A stretch of DNA of 64,000 bases from an uncultured Clostridia bacterium (GCA_944392105.1 CALXVM010000003.1:40735-104734), one strand, 5' to 3'; positions 8,059 to 18,031 are shown, numbered from the stretch's first letter. Made by a program: numbers and translations. The notes: generated by a model from the sequence alone, not told the origin.

Positions 8059-10473
8059 CTATTTGTTGTCTTTTACACAATAATCTATTACTTTCTTTAG
8101 GCTTTTATCTACATTTTTATTAAATTCTTTATAATCAAATTTTTGAGCTACTTTATAGTTTCTATTTAAAAAGTCCTTCATTGCATCATATATACCATCT
8201 TCTGAGTTTTCACATACCATTCCATATCCTTCACTTAAAATGCGTCTTGTGTCTGCTATATCTGTTGCTATAACTGGTATACCTAGCACTCTTGCTTCAT
8301 CTATAACTATACCATATCCCTCAAATTGTGATGACATTATTAAGCAATTGCTCTTTACTAAATATTTATAAGGATTTACTTGGTTTCCTTTTAATATAAC
8401 AATGTCTTCTAAATGCTTTTCGTGTATCATATTTCTATACATGCTATGGTCTTCTCCATCTCCTAGAAGCCAAACTTTAAAATTTTTGTATCCTTCTTTA
8501 TCTAGCTTTTCGGCCGAATTTATAATTCTAGTTATTTTTTTGTGTGATTCTAAATGTCTAGATATATTTATAAATACTTTCTTTTCGTCATCTTCGTCTT
8601 CAATTTCTTTTTTAGACATTTCTATAATTTTGTTTCCATCTATATAATTATAAACTGTAAATATTTTTCCTTTATAATTTGGTATTAGTTGTTCTAGTTC
8701 TTCTTTTGAACTGTCTGATACACACACAATAGCTTTAAATTTTTCAAATTTTAGTCCATTTATTAGTGCATTTCTCTCTTCTTCTGTTCTAGAACTAATT
8801 AAATTAGTATGAACAAAAAGTATTGTATGTTTACTTGAATTTCTTGTTAGCATAGACAATATTTTGTGTTGATATGCATAACAAATTGCTACATCATATT
8901 TGTTAAATATACTGTTAAAATATTCTGCTAAATATTTTATTGATGTTGTAATTTTTGAAATTTTATTCCATTTTCCTTTACAAATTAGTTTTACATACAC
9001 CTCTTTAGGTAGTCTTGCTAATAATTCTTTATTTGTACAATATCCTATATTTACACTAATATCATATTCTTTTTTTAAATAACTTAAGTTTAAAAAGTTT
9101 ATTAATGCAAGTTCCATTCCACCTAAAGACAATTTTGGCATATATATAATCATTGATTTTTTAGTACTTTCATCATCTATTTCATGTTCTTTGTTTTGTC
9201 TGTCATTAAATTTTATAAATATTGCTCCTAAAAACATAGCTACTGTAGGTGCTAATAAAACATGTCCTACTATATAAGCAATTCCTATTCCTAATAATCC
9301 ACTTAAACCTACGCAAAAGTTTCTAACTGTAAATTCTTCTTTAAAGTTCTTAAATAATCTTATAAAAAATGACATTGCTATTATAAATATTGGAATTAGA
9401 TAAATTCCTAGTCCTATAAGTCCATAACCAAATTTTACATCATGAAAGTCTCTTTCTACAATTGTATAATTTCCTGTATCATCAATAACTCTGTGTTCAT
9501 CTTTTAAACCAATAAGCAATTCTAGTGGTGACGCATCTGCTGCTAATTGTTTTTGCTCATATACATATTTTTCTCTTCCATTAAATATTAAATTTTCAAC
9601 GCTTGCTTGATTATCATCTTCCTCACTAGGATTTTGGCTTTGACTTATTAATTTGTTTATTTTTCCTTCTATATATTTATATGAAGGTGAATATGGCATT
9701 GCAATTGATACTGCGATTGTTAATATTACTGTAATTATAAGTGCACTTTTAGCAATTTTCTTTCTTTTCCATGCAAAAGCAATTATAGAAAATACTAAAA
9801 TTCCTAGAATAGCACCTATTAATCCAATTAATGCTGTTTTAGTGCCTATTACTAGTAATCCATAAGTCGTAACTGCTAAAATAAAAATAAATGATAGAGA
9901 TTTATATTTTGCAGCATAATAAATAACTATTGGATAAAATAATGACATCATTGCACTTAATTCATTACCTGAATATATCCAACCAGAAATACCTCTCTCT
10001 GGTGCTGTGTCATATGTAGGAAGAGCTGTTCCTGTAATTGCAGATATTAATATTGCTGTACTATATATTCCTGCACTATATACTAAAGTTTTTAGACTAA
10101 ATTCATTACCATTTTTTAAATATCTATATAAGAAAAATAATGTAACTGGTAAACACATATATTTTGTTAGTGATACTGCTTTATTCATAAGTGCAGACAT
10201 CGAAAAGCTTGATACTGTTAAAATAACATTTGCTAATATTGTTACTGCAAATAGCCCTAATAAAATATAATTCCATTTTCTATTTTCTTTATCTACAAAT
10301 ATTAAATAAACTAATCCATATATTAAAAATAAAGTCTTATATACTACACCTAAAGTAATCGGAAAGTCTATATTTAATACCATGTATGATGTAATAAACT
10401 CAACAAATGGTAATATAATAAAAATAGCTTGTACTACTTTAGAACTATAAATCTTTTGTAATTTTTCTTTCAT
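8059..10473 (-). CDS. fusion protein: O-antigen polymerase/ligase-like (Wzy-type) membrane domain + C-terminal GT4 glycosyltransferase
   Basis: ORF track gives 8059..10500; the start is taken at MKEKLQKIY. The N-terminal ~440 aa have about 11 TM helices with a large loop. The C-terminal ~360 aa show the GT4 pattern (MIIYMPKLSLGGMELALINF ... FEGYGIVIDEARVLGIPVIAT). Confidence 0.7.
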   Translation of the reverse strand: MKEKLQKIYSSKVVQAIFIILPFVEFITSYMVLNIDFPITLGVVYKTLFLIYGLVYLIFVDKENRKWNYILLGLFAVTILANVILTVSSFSMSALMNKAVSLTKYMCLPVTLFFLYRYLKNGNEFSLKTLVYSAGIYSTAILISAITGTALPTYDTAPERGISGWIYSGNELSAMMSLFYPIVIYYAAKYKSLSFIFILAVTTYGLLVIGTKTALIGLIGAILGILVFSIIAFAWKRKKIAKSALIITVILTIAVSIAMPYSPSYKYIEGKINKLISQSQNPSEEDDNQASVENLIFNGREKYVYEQKQLAADASPLELLIGLKDEHRVIDDTGNYTIVERDFHDVKFGYGLIGLGIYLIPIFIIAMSFFIRLFKNFKEEFTVRNFCVGLSGLLGIGIAYIVGHVLLAPTVAMFLGAIFIKFNDRQNKEHEIDDESTKKSMIIYMPKLSLGGMELALINFLNLSYLKKEYDISVNIGYCTNKELLARLPKEVYVKLICKGKWNKISKITTSIKYLAEYFNSIFNKYDVAICYAYQHKILSMLTRNSSKHTILFVHTNLISSRTEEERNALINGLKFEKFKAIVCVSDSSKEELEQLIPNYKGKIFTVYNYIDGNKIIEMSKKEIEDEDDEKKVFINISRHLESHKKITRIINSAEKLDKEGYKNFKVWLLGDGEDHSMYRNMIHEKHLEDIVILKGNQVNPYKYLVKSNCLIMSSQFEGYGIVIDEARVLGIPVIATDIADTRRILSEGYGMVCENSEDGIYDAMKDFLNRNYKVAQKFDYKEFNKNVDKSLKKVIDYCVKDNK

Positions 10474-10653
10474 TATTAAACTCATCCTTCCTGGAGGCAC
10501 AAATCTGGTTGAAAAAGAATTGTAATTATTTTTCAGCCTTAAACTCCCATCTATAATTTTGTTATATATTTATGTAATTATTAATATATTATTTGTAAAT
10601 TATTATTTAAGATTAGACTTATAATCAACATTTTTATTTTAACTAAGTTCTAT

Positions 10654-12819
10654 TTAATTGTCAACTTTGGCTCTATAAATTATTCCACAACCAATATCAT
10701 AGTTTTTCATAAGTTCTATTATCTTCATAAAATCATCTTTCTTAGCATTTTCTTCTATAGCAATTTCTATAATATGCCCTCCGTTTGTAAGTTTGTGATA
10801 TGGTGCTTCTATTTTTATTTTCTCTTCTATAGAAATTTTATAGTCTTTTGGCAATTGAAAAGAATCTGTATAAATTTCCTTGTCTGTTATATTTTTTATT
10901 TTTCCATATATAGCCTGGTCCATTTTTATTAATTCAGATGTTAAATTGGTTGAAGGAGTAGCGGCTAAGCAAAAGTTCAAATTATACTTTTCGGAATATC
11001 TGTCACATTTTTCCCTCATAAAAGAAATAATTTTTAGTCCAAGCTCTTGAGCTTCTTCTGATTCTCCATGGTGTTTTCCTGTTAATGCTTTTAAGCATTC
11101 TGCTAAACCTGTAAATCCTATCGACATTGTTCCATGTTTTAAAACTTTTCTTAAATTATCTGTGTCTTTTAATTTCTCACTATCTATCCAAAGTCCTTGA
11201 CCTAACAAAAATGGAAAATTATATACTTTTTTACTACATTGCATTTCAAATCTTTCTAAAAGTTGGTCTTTAACCAAATCTAATTTTTCTTCTAATTCTT
11301 TAAAAAAGTTATCTATATTTGCTTTTCCATTTATAGAAATCCCATTTTTTATGCCTAATCTTGGTAGATTTATTGATGTAGCAGACAAAATTCCTCTGCC
11401 TGGAGTTATTTGTTTACTTTCATCTACAATGTTTTCCATAACTCTTGTCCTATAACCCATATATGCTACTTCTGTATCATAATTTCCCTTAGAATAAAAC
11501 TTTTTATTAAATGAGCTGTCTAAAAATTCAAATGATAATATATTTCTTTCTAAAGAAACTTCACACGCACGCTCAAATATGTCGTAATTTGTATCTTCTG
11601 GTTTGTAATTTATTCCTTCTTTTATTTTAAATATAGAAATTGGAAATTGGGCAGTCTCATGATTTCCTATTCCAGCCGCTAGTGCTTCCAAAAAGTTTTT
11701 AGAGACCATCCTTCCCTCTGGAGTAGTATCAGTTCCAAAACATACTGATGAAAGTGGAACATGTCCACCTGCTCTTGAATTAACTGTGTTTAAGTTGTGT
11801 ATAAATGCTTCCATCGATTGATATGTAATTTTATTAGTTTTTTCTAATGCTTTTTTATATGATATATTAAACATCCTTTTTAGTTCTTCTGCTTCTCTGC
11901 AATATTTATAAAATATCTCTATGTCAAAGTCTATAGTACTTATTCTTTCTATTTCTCTTTCAATACCATTAATTGCTATAAACTTATCAAAATCTGTTAG
12001 CTCTAAATAATCATAAACAATTTGTTTAAACTGTTTTTTAAATGTTTTTAATATTCCTGGAGCCATATAAAAATCTAAAGCTGGTATTGATTGAACCCCA
12101 TGTTGATCATTTTGGCTTACTTGTATAGCTCTTGCAGTTAATGCTGTGTAAGAAGATATATCATTAGGCTCTCTTATAAAACCATTTCCTGTAGAAAAAC
12201 CATCTTTAAATAATTTGTTTAAATCTATTTGGCAACATGTAGTAGTACCCATTGGGAAAAAATTTAAGTTATGTATATAAATATCTCCATTTTCATGTGC
12301 TTCTTCAAATTTTTTCTTCATTAAATATGCTTTCGCAAACTCGCCAGATATAGTTCCACCATACTGTAGTAGCATGCTCATAGCAGTATTGTGTCTTTTT
12401 ATTTGCACACTTCCTTCTTCTTTTGAAGTTTTTAAGCCTAAATTTTCTAATGCCTTTAAAAATTTATGTTGCCTTTTTTCGTCAAAAAACAACTTCCTAG
12501 ATTGAGCTCTTTTCTCACGATAACTTGAAAAAGACTCATACACATCTTCATATCCTTGTTTTTTTAGTTCATCTTCAATCATATCTTGAATTTCTTCAAT
12601 TTTTATTTTCTCAGTTTGCAAATTACTAATATTTATTAAAACTGCTTCATATACTTTATTTACATCCACTTGACTATATTTAGTATTTATACCATCTATA
12701 GTAACACTATCAAATCCTTTTTTTATTGCTAGCGCTATTTTTGTTCCATCAAAATCTACTTTTTTACCATCTCTTTTTATTACTTTATTTACCATCATTT
12801 TATTACTTATGTTTGACAT
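10654..12819 (-). CDS. nrdD: anaerobic ribonucleoside-triphosphate reductase (class III, NrdD-like) with ATP-cone, ending before the Zn-ribbon/glycyl-radical segment
   Basis: N-terminal ATP-cone (VIKRDGKKVDFDGTKIALAIKKG) and NrdD core motifs (TTCCQIDL, GGHVPLSS, YHKLTNGGHIIEI). AAAGGAGG RBS. The ORF stops at ...DIGCGIIYRAKVDN, with no CxxC...CxxC or RxCGY motif. No nrdG is adjacent. Confidence 0.8.
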   Translation of the reverse strand: MSNISNKMMVNKVIKRDGKKVDFDGTKIALAIKKGFDSVTIDGINTKYSQVDVNKVYEAVLINISNLQTEKIKIEEIQDMIEDELKKQGYEDVYESFSSYREKRAQSRKLFFDEKRQHKFLKALENLGLKTSKEEGSVQIKRHNTAMSMLLQYGGTISGEFAKAYLMKKKFEEAHENGDIYIHNLNFFPMGTTTCCQIDLNKLFKDGFSTGNGFIREPNDISSYTALTARAIQVSQNDQHGVQSIPALDFYMAPGILKTFKKQFKQIVYDYLELTDFDKFIAINGIEREIERISTIDFDIEIFYKYCREAEELKRMFNISYKKALEKTNKITYQSMEAFIHNLNTVNSRAGGHVPLSSVCFGTDTTPEGRMVSKNFLEALAAGIGNHETAQFPISIFKIKEGINYKPEDTNYDIFERACEVSLERNILSFEFLDSSFNKKFYSKGNYDTEVAYMGYRTRVMENIVDESKQITPGRGILSATSINLPRLGIKNGISINGKANIDNFFKELEEKLDLVKDQLLERFEMQCSKKVYNFPFLLGQGLWIDSEKLKDTDNLRKVLKHGTMSIGFTGLAECLKALTGKHHGESEEAQELGLKIISFMREKCDRYSEKYNLNFCLAATPSTNLTSELIKMDQAIYGKIKNITDKEIYTDSFQLPKDYKISIEEKIKIEAPYHKLTNGGHIIEIAIEENAKKDDFMKIIELMKNYDIGCGIIYRAKVDN

Positions 12820-12868
12820 TTTTTACCTCCTTTAAGAGAAAATGTAACCCACCTTTTATTATCTTTGG

Positions 12869-12897
12869 ATTATATCGTTAATTTGTAAATAAGTCAA
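12869..12897 (-). promoter_or_regulatory. sigma-A type promoter of nrdD (TTGACT-17-TATAAT)
   Basis: On the minus strand, the -35 TTGACT is at 12897..12892 and the -10 TATAAT at 12874..12869, with a 17-nt spacer, about 50 nt upstream of the ATG. The -35 lies 2 nt from repeat element B. Confidence 0.55.
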
Positions 12898-12899
12898 TT

Positions 12900-12959
12900 G
12901 GAAATTAGGGACAGGTCATTTCTTCCCGATTTGGGAAGAAATGACCTGTCCCTAATTTC
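12900..12959. repeat. 60-bp hairpin derivative (copy B) of the GGAAATTAGGGACAGGTC element family
   Basis: GGAAATTAGGGACAGGTCATTTCTTCCCGATTTGGGAAGAAATGACCTGTCCCTAATTTC. This equals the outer part of the left TIR joined to the outer part of the right TIR, forming 27-bp perfect arms. It looks like an internal-deletion derivative. Confidence 0.8.
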
Positions 12960-13053
12960 TAACTTTTTTCTTATTTTACTATTCCCTTTTAATAATTTTT
13001 ATAGTATAATATTAATAGTTGTGAAAATTCTTCAAGTTTAGGAGGTGGGTAAT

Positions 13054-13506
13054 ATGTGGCCAGTATGGCTTGTATTAGCAGGAATATTTTTTATAGTTGA
13101 AATTGCTACAACTGGTTTTTTAGTATTTTGGTTAGGAATTGGTTCTTTATTTGCAATGATTACAAGTTTCTTTACAGAAAACTTAATTATTCAAATGGTT
13201 GTATTTATTACTACATCAACTTTATTAATTATTTTTACAAAACCTGTTGTTAAAAAGTTCTTCATTAAAGACGAAGATACAGTTGCAACAAATGTTTATT
13301 CAATAATTGGTAAAAAAGCTATTGTAACAAAAGAAATAAACCCAACACTTGGAGTTGGACAAATAAAAGTTGAAGGACAAGATTGGTCAGCTAAATGTGA
13401 TAGCGACGAAATTATTGAAAAGGGAACTGAGGTAGAAATACTTGATGTAAATGGTGTAAAAGCTGTTGTAACACCAATTTCAGATTCAGTTAAAGTTAAT
13501 AAATAA
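13054..13506 (+). CDS. NfeD-family membrane protein
   Basis: ATG 13054 behind AGGAGG. Three TM segments followed by a C-terminal OB-fold-like segment, GVGQIKVEGQDWSAKCD...GTEVEILDVNG. It sits upstream of an SPFH gene, the classical pairing. Confidence 0.8.
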   Translation: MWPVWLVLAGIFFIVEIATTGFLVFWLGIGSLFAMITSFFTENLIIQMVVFITTSTLLIIFTKPVVKKFFIKDEDTVATNVYSIIGKKAIVTKEINPTLGVGQIKVEGQDWSAKCDSDEIIEKGTEVEILDVNGVKAVVTPISDSVKVNK

Positions 13507-13615
13507 CATTAAAGTTAGTAAATAGTATATTTCAAGCATCGTTAAATATCTAAAATATAATTTTGTTATATATTTAGAATTTTATAAATAAATATAATAT
13601 TAGGAGGAAAATTTT

Positions 13616-14539
13616 ATGTGGGTTTTAATCGTACTACTTGTAATTATCTTAATTATCGCATTCAATACTATTAAAATTGTAAAACAATCAGAAGTATATA
13701 TTATTGAAAGACTTGGTAAATTTCATAAAATAGCAGATGCTGGTCTTACAATAATTGTTCCATTTATAGACCATGTTCGTAGCGTGGTTAGTTTAAAACA
13801 ACAAACAATGGACATTCCACCACAAGGTGTTATTACACACGATAACGTTACAATTACAATTGACACTGTTGTGTTTTATCGTATAACAGACCCAGCAAAA
13901 GCAGTATATGAAATTCAAAATTTAAAGAAAGGTATTGAATATTTAGCAATTACAACAATACGTGATATAGTTGGTAAAATGGACTTAGACTCTACTTTCA
14001 GTTCTCGTGATGCAATAAATGATAAATTAAGAGTTATTCTTGATGAAGCAACTGATCAATGGGGATGTAAAGTAGACAGAGTTGAAATTAAAGATATTAC
14101 ACCACCAGCAGATATACGTGATGCAATGGAAAAACAAATGAACGCAGAAAGAAATAAGAGAGCTTTAATTCTTCAAGCAGAAGGTGAAAGACAATCTGCA
14201 ATTACACTTGCTGAAGGTAAAAAAGAAGCTGCTATATTAGAAGCAGAAGCTGACAGAGAAGCTCAAATAAGAAGAGCTGCCGGTGAAGCAGAAGCTATAA
14301 GACAAGTTGCTGAAGCTAAAGCTGCTGAAGTTCACTTAGTATATGATGCTATGATGAAAGCAAAACCAGATGAAAAACTTGTTCAATTAAAATCTTTAGA
14401 AGCTTTAAAAGAAGTTGCAGATGGAAAAGCTAATAAAATATTTATTCCATTTGAAGCAACTAATGCATTAAGCGGATTAGGTGCAGCAGCAGAAATGTTT
14501 AAAGATGATAAGAAAAAATCTAATATAGAAAATCAATAA
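13616..14539 (+). CDS. SPFH/band-7 (stomatin/QmcA-like) protein
   Basis: An N-terminal TM, then an SPFH core (VYIIERLGKFHK...TIDTVVFYRITDP...RDIVGKMDLD) and an A/E-rich coiled-coil tail. Confidence 0.9.
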   Translation: MWVLIVLLVIILIIAFNTIKIVKQSEVYIIERLGKFHKIADAGLTIIVPFIDHVRSVVSLKQQTMDIPPQGVITHDNVTITIDTVVFYRITDPAKAVYEIQNLKKGIEYLAITTIRDIVGKMDLDSTFSSRDAINDKLRVILDEATDQWGCKVDRVEIKDITPPADIRDAMEKQMNAERNKRALILQAEGERQSAITLAEGKKEAAILEAEADREAQIRRAAGEAEAIRQVAEAKAAEVHLVYDAMMKAKPDEKLVQLKSLEALKEVADGKANKIFIPFEATNALSGLGAAAEMFKDDKKKSNIENQ

Positions 14540-14577
14540 AAATAAATAATAAAAAAGCGGTTAAACCGCTTTTTTTA

Positions 14578-15819
14578 TTATTCTACTGTATCATCTTTTA
14601 TATAGTATTTAGTGCCTAACATTTTATCTGGTAGGTACTGTTGCTCTACCCAATGTCCTGGATAGTCATGTGGATATTTGTATCCTACTCCATATCCTTC
14701 TTTTGCCATCCCTTCTGCTGGTGCATTTCTAATATGCATTGGTATTGTTCCTGTATCTTTTGTAGCAACGTCTTCCATAGCTTTGTTTATTGCCATATAT
14801 GCAGCATTAGATTTTTTAGATGTTGCCACATAAACTGCCGCTTCTGATAAAATTATTCTAGCTTCTGGCATGCCAACCATATTTACAGCTTGCATTGCTG
14901 CTGTAGCTACAACAAGTGCATTTGGATTAGCCATTCCTACATCTTCCGCAGCTGCTATTGTAATTCTCCTAGCTATAAAAACTGGATCTTCCCCTGCATT
15001 TAAAGCTCGTGCTAAATAAAATACTGCAGCATCTGGGTCACTTCCACGCATGGACTTTATAAATGCACTAATATTATCATAGTGGCTATCTCCATTTTTA
15101 TCAAAGATAGCTTTTCTTTCTTGTACGCATTCTTTTGCTATCTCATCTGTTATTGTTATATATCCGTCTTTATCCATTTGCGTTGTAAGAACTGCTACTT
15201 CTAAACCATTTAAAGCTGTCCTTACATCTCCATTTGATGTTTCTGCTATTTTTTCTAATGTACTATCTTCTATTCTAATATTGTAGCTCGCTAGTCCTCT
15301 TTCTGATGTTAATGATTTTTTTAATATTGTAAAAATATCCTTGGTTGTAAGGGGATTTAACCTAAACACCATAGATCTAGAAATTAGAGCTTTATTTACC
15401 TCAAAATATGGATTTTCTGTAGTTGCACCAATTAATATAACAGTACCATTTTCTACATAAGGAAGTAATGCATCTTGTTGAAGTTTATTAAATCTGTGAA
15501 TTTCGTCGATAAACAAAATGCATTTCCCTGATGGATTTAAAAATGCATTTTGTGCATCTTCTATTGCTCTTTTTATATCTGAAACTCCTGATGTAACCGC
15601 ATTTAATTTAGTAAATTTGTATTTTGTTGTATGGCTAATAACTCTAGCAAGAGATGTTTTACCACATCCTGGAGGGCCCCAAAGTATAATGCTAGATAGC
15701 CTATCTGCTTTTATAGTTCTATATAAAATTTTGTCTTTACCTAATATATGCTCTTGTCCTACATAATCGTCCAAAGTCTGCGGACTCATCCTATATGCTA
15801 ACGGCTGACTTAAATCCAT
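14578..15819 (-). CDS. rarA: replication-associated recombination protein A (RarA/MgsA AAA+ ATPase)
   Basis: GPPGCGKTS Walker A, LFIDEIHRFNKLQQDALLPYVENG, GATTENPYFEVNKALISR. 413 aa. Confidence 0.9.
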   Translation of the reverse strand: MDLSQPLAYRMSPQTLDDYVGQEHILGKDKILYRTIKADRLSSIILWGPPGCGKTSLARVISHTTKYKFTKLNAVTSGVSDIKRAIEDAQNAFLNPSGKCILFIDEIHRFNKLQQDALLPYVENGTVILIGATTENPYFEVNKALISRSMVFRLNPLTTKDIFTILKKSLTSERGLASYNIRIEDSTLEKIAETSNGDVRTALNGLEVAVLTTQMDKDGYITITDEIAKECVQERKAIFDKNGDSHYDNISAFIKSMRGSDPDAAVFYLARALNAGEDPVFIARRITIAAAEDVGMANPNALVVATAAMQAVNMVGMPEARIILSEAAVYVATSKKSNAAYMAINKAMEDVATKDTGTIPMHIRNAPAEGMAKEGYGVGYKYPHDYPGHWVEQQYLPDKMLGTKYYIKDDTVE

Positions 15820-15847
15820 TTTTCTGCACCTTTCTTTACTTTTTTAT

Positions 15848-16456
15848 TTATTGTCTTGCTAAATTGTTTAGACCTTTCTTTATTATTTCTTCTACTGTTA
15901 GTGAAGCATCTATTTTATTTAGTGCCTTTTCTATTTCTTTCCTTGTATATCCTAAAACTTGAAGCGCAGCTGTTGCCTCTGCAAATTTGCTATTTTCTTC
16001 AACAATTTTATCTAATTTGTTGTTCTCATCTGCTTTTTCTGAAATAGCAGATGTTGTTTTTAATTTATCTTTTAACTCTAAAATTATTCTTTGTGCAGTT
16101 TTTGCACCTATTCCTGGCAAACTTTTTATTTTTGCCACATCATCTGTTATAACTGATAAAGCAAATGAGGATGGAGTTATATTTGATAATATAGAAACTG
16201 CACCTTTTGCACCTATTCCACTAACTCCAAGTAAAAGTTCAAACATGCGAAGCTCTTCTTCTGTAATAAAACCATATATGCTTACGTCATCTTCTCTTAC
16301 TCTTAAGTATGTATATATTTTTTTCTTTGTTCCTAAATCTTCTAATTTTTCAATAGCAGTCTGCGACATAAAAATTTTATAGCCTATTCCCCCTGTTTCT
16401 AGTACTATATAATTTTGTGTTTTTGCTTCTATTGTACCTTTTATATATGAAAACAT
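15848..16456 (-). CDS. ruvA: Holliday junction DNA helicase subunit RuvA
   Basis: MFSYIKGTIE...GIGYKIFMS, with HhH motifs (LLGVSGIGAKGA, LPGIGAKTAQRIILEL). 202 aa. Confidence 0.9.
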   Translation of the reverse strand: MFSYIKGTIEAKTQNYIVLETGGIGYKIFMSQTAIEKLEDLGTKKKIYTYLRVREDDVSIYGFITEEELRMFELLLGVSGIGAKGAVSILSNITPSSFALSVITDDVAKIKSLPGIGAKTAQRIILELKDKLKTTSAISEKADENNKLDKIVEENSKFAEATAALQVLGYTRKEIEKALNKIDASLTVEEIIKKGLNNLARQ

Positions 16457-16792
16457 TGTTATTCTCCTTTTGTTTATTTATATTATAGTTTTTAGTTAAA
16501 CTTAATTTAAGCTTTTACTATATTAAAATTTAGTTTTAAATTAAATTTGTATATCTATAATTTTACTAAATTATATTCTATTTTAAACTTTCTTTCAATA
16601 TTTTTAAGTTATAGTTTTTTGTATTTTATTTATGCTCTTATAATAGATGTTAGTTTTACAAACTATATTTTACTTTTACAATTTGACTATTTTATTTATA
16701 GTCTTCTTATTTATAGTCTTCGCATTTTTCTATATTATAACTTGTTTACTTTTCTTGCAGTAAAATAGTATTTATTTATATCTTTTTTAGCT

Positions 16793-18016
16793 TTATACAT
16801 CTTTTAGTTTTATTACATCTTCTGAATGTAATTTTCCTGCTCTAGTAATGCTGTTATATCCATATTTTTGCTTTAACTTATCTACTACATTATCTAGTTT
16901 TTCTTGCTTTTTTTCTTCTTCTGTATTTCCAAATAGCGAAATTTGAACTTCATTTTCTTCCACCAAATTATCTACTCTAACTCCCACTAATCTAATAGGT
17001 GTACCCTCTTTGTACATCTCATTTAATAGCTCTTTTGCAGTATTATATATGTCTTTTGTATTTGCTGTAGATGAACTTAGCTTTCTTTGATGTGAAAAGT
17101 CTTTAAATTCGCTTGTTCTTAGCTGTACGTTTACTACATTTGCATACATATTATACCTACGTAGTCTATAAGTTACTTGTTCTACTAAAGTTAAAATTAC
17201 TTTCTCTAGTCCTGCTTTGTTTCTTATATCTGTTGGGAGTGTTACAGAATTGCCTATTCCTTTTGGCTTTTCTTCTATATAATTTACTTCCGAATTATCT
17301 ATTCCATTAGAATACTCCCACATAAGTAGCCCATGTTTACCAAATTTTTTTATCATATATTGTTTATCTTGTTTTGCTAAATCTCCTATTGTTTTTATTC
17401 CCATTGCATGCAATTTAGGAATAGTTTTTCTTCCAAGCATAAATAATTCTGAAACAGGAAGAGTCCACATTTTAGTTGGGATTTCTTCCTCATACAAAGT
17501 ATGTACCTTATCTGGTTTTGAAAAGTCTGACGCCATTTTTGCAAGTAATTTATTATGGGCAACTCCAACATTTACAGTAAAACCTAGCTCTTTTTTTACT
17601 CTCCTACTTATTTCGTAAGCTTTATTTATTAATGTGTCTCCTTGTAGATAACCTGTCATATCTAAAAAGCATTCATCTATACTAAAACGTTCTATTTTGT
17701 CTGTATATTCTAAAAGAATTTTATATAAGTCATTTGAATGTTTTTTATAGCTTTTATATTCTCCTTTAAATACCTGTAAATTAGGACATTTTAACCTAGC
17801 CTGATATAAAGTCTCTCCTGTTGTAACACCTTTCATTTTAGCTTTCATACTTTTAGCTAAAACTATACCAGACCTTTTGCTTTCATCTCCACCAATTACA
17901 GCTTCTATATTTCGTATGTCTAGTGTTTCTCCTGCTTCTAGTCTATCTATTGCAGTCCAACTTAAAAAAGCATTATTTACATCTATATGTAATATTTGTT
18001 TTTGCTTTTTTTCCAT
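16793..18016 (-). CDS. dinB: DNA polymerase IV (Y-family, DinB)
   Basis: ILHIDVNNAFLS...SIDECFLDMTG motifs. The start is taken at ATG 18016, because the ORF-track start at 18043 lies inside the predicted promoter. Confidence 0.85.
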   Translation of the reverse strand: MEKKQKQILHIDVNNAFLSWTAIDRLEAGETLDIRNIEAVIGGDESKRSGIVLAKSMKAKMKGVTTGETLYQARLKCPNLQVFKGEYKSYKKHSNDLYKILLEYTDKIERFSIDECFLDMTGYLQGDTLINKAYEISRRVKKELGFTVNVGVAHNKLLAKMASDFSKPDKVHTLYEEEIPTKMWTLPVSELFMLGRKTIPKLHAMGIKTIGDLAKQDKQYMIKKFGKHGLLMWEYSNGIDNSEVNYIEEKPKGIGNSVTLPTDIRNKAGLEKVILTLVEQVTYRLRRYNMYANVVNVQLRTSEFKDFSHQRKLSSSTANTKDIYNTAKELLNEMYKEGTPIRLVGVRVDNLVEENEVQISLFGNTEEEKKQEKLDNVVDKLKQKYGYNSITRAGKLHSEDVIKLKDV

Positions 18017-18031
18017 ATTACCACCATCATC

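Noticed and set aside
16547-16768. 73-aa + ORF and a tandem 15-mer (TTATTTATAGTCTTC x2 at 16692..16721) in the dinB-ruvA spacer
   Set aside because: The ORF is F/L/I/Y low-complexity with no RBS, in extremely AT-rich intergenic DNA. A two-copy 15-mer in such DNA is weak evidence for function. It is noted only as a possible binding site.
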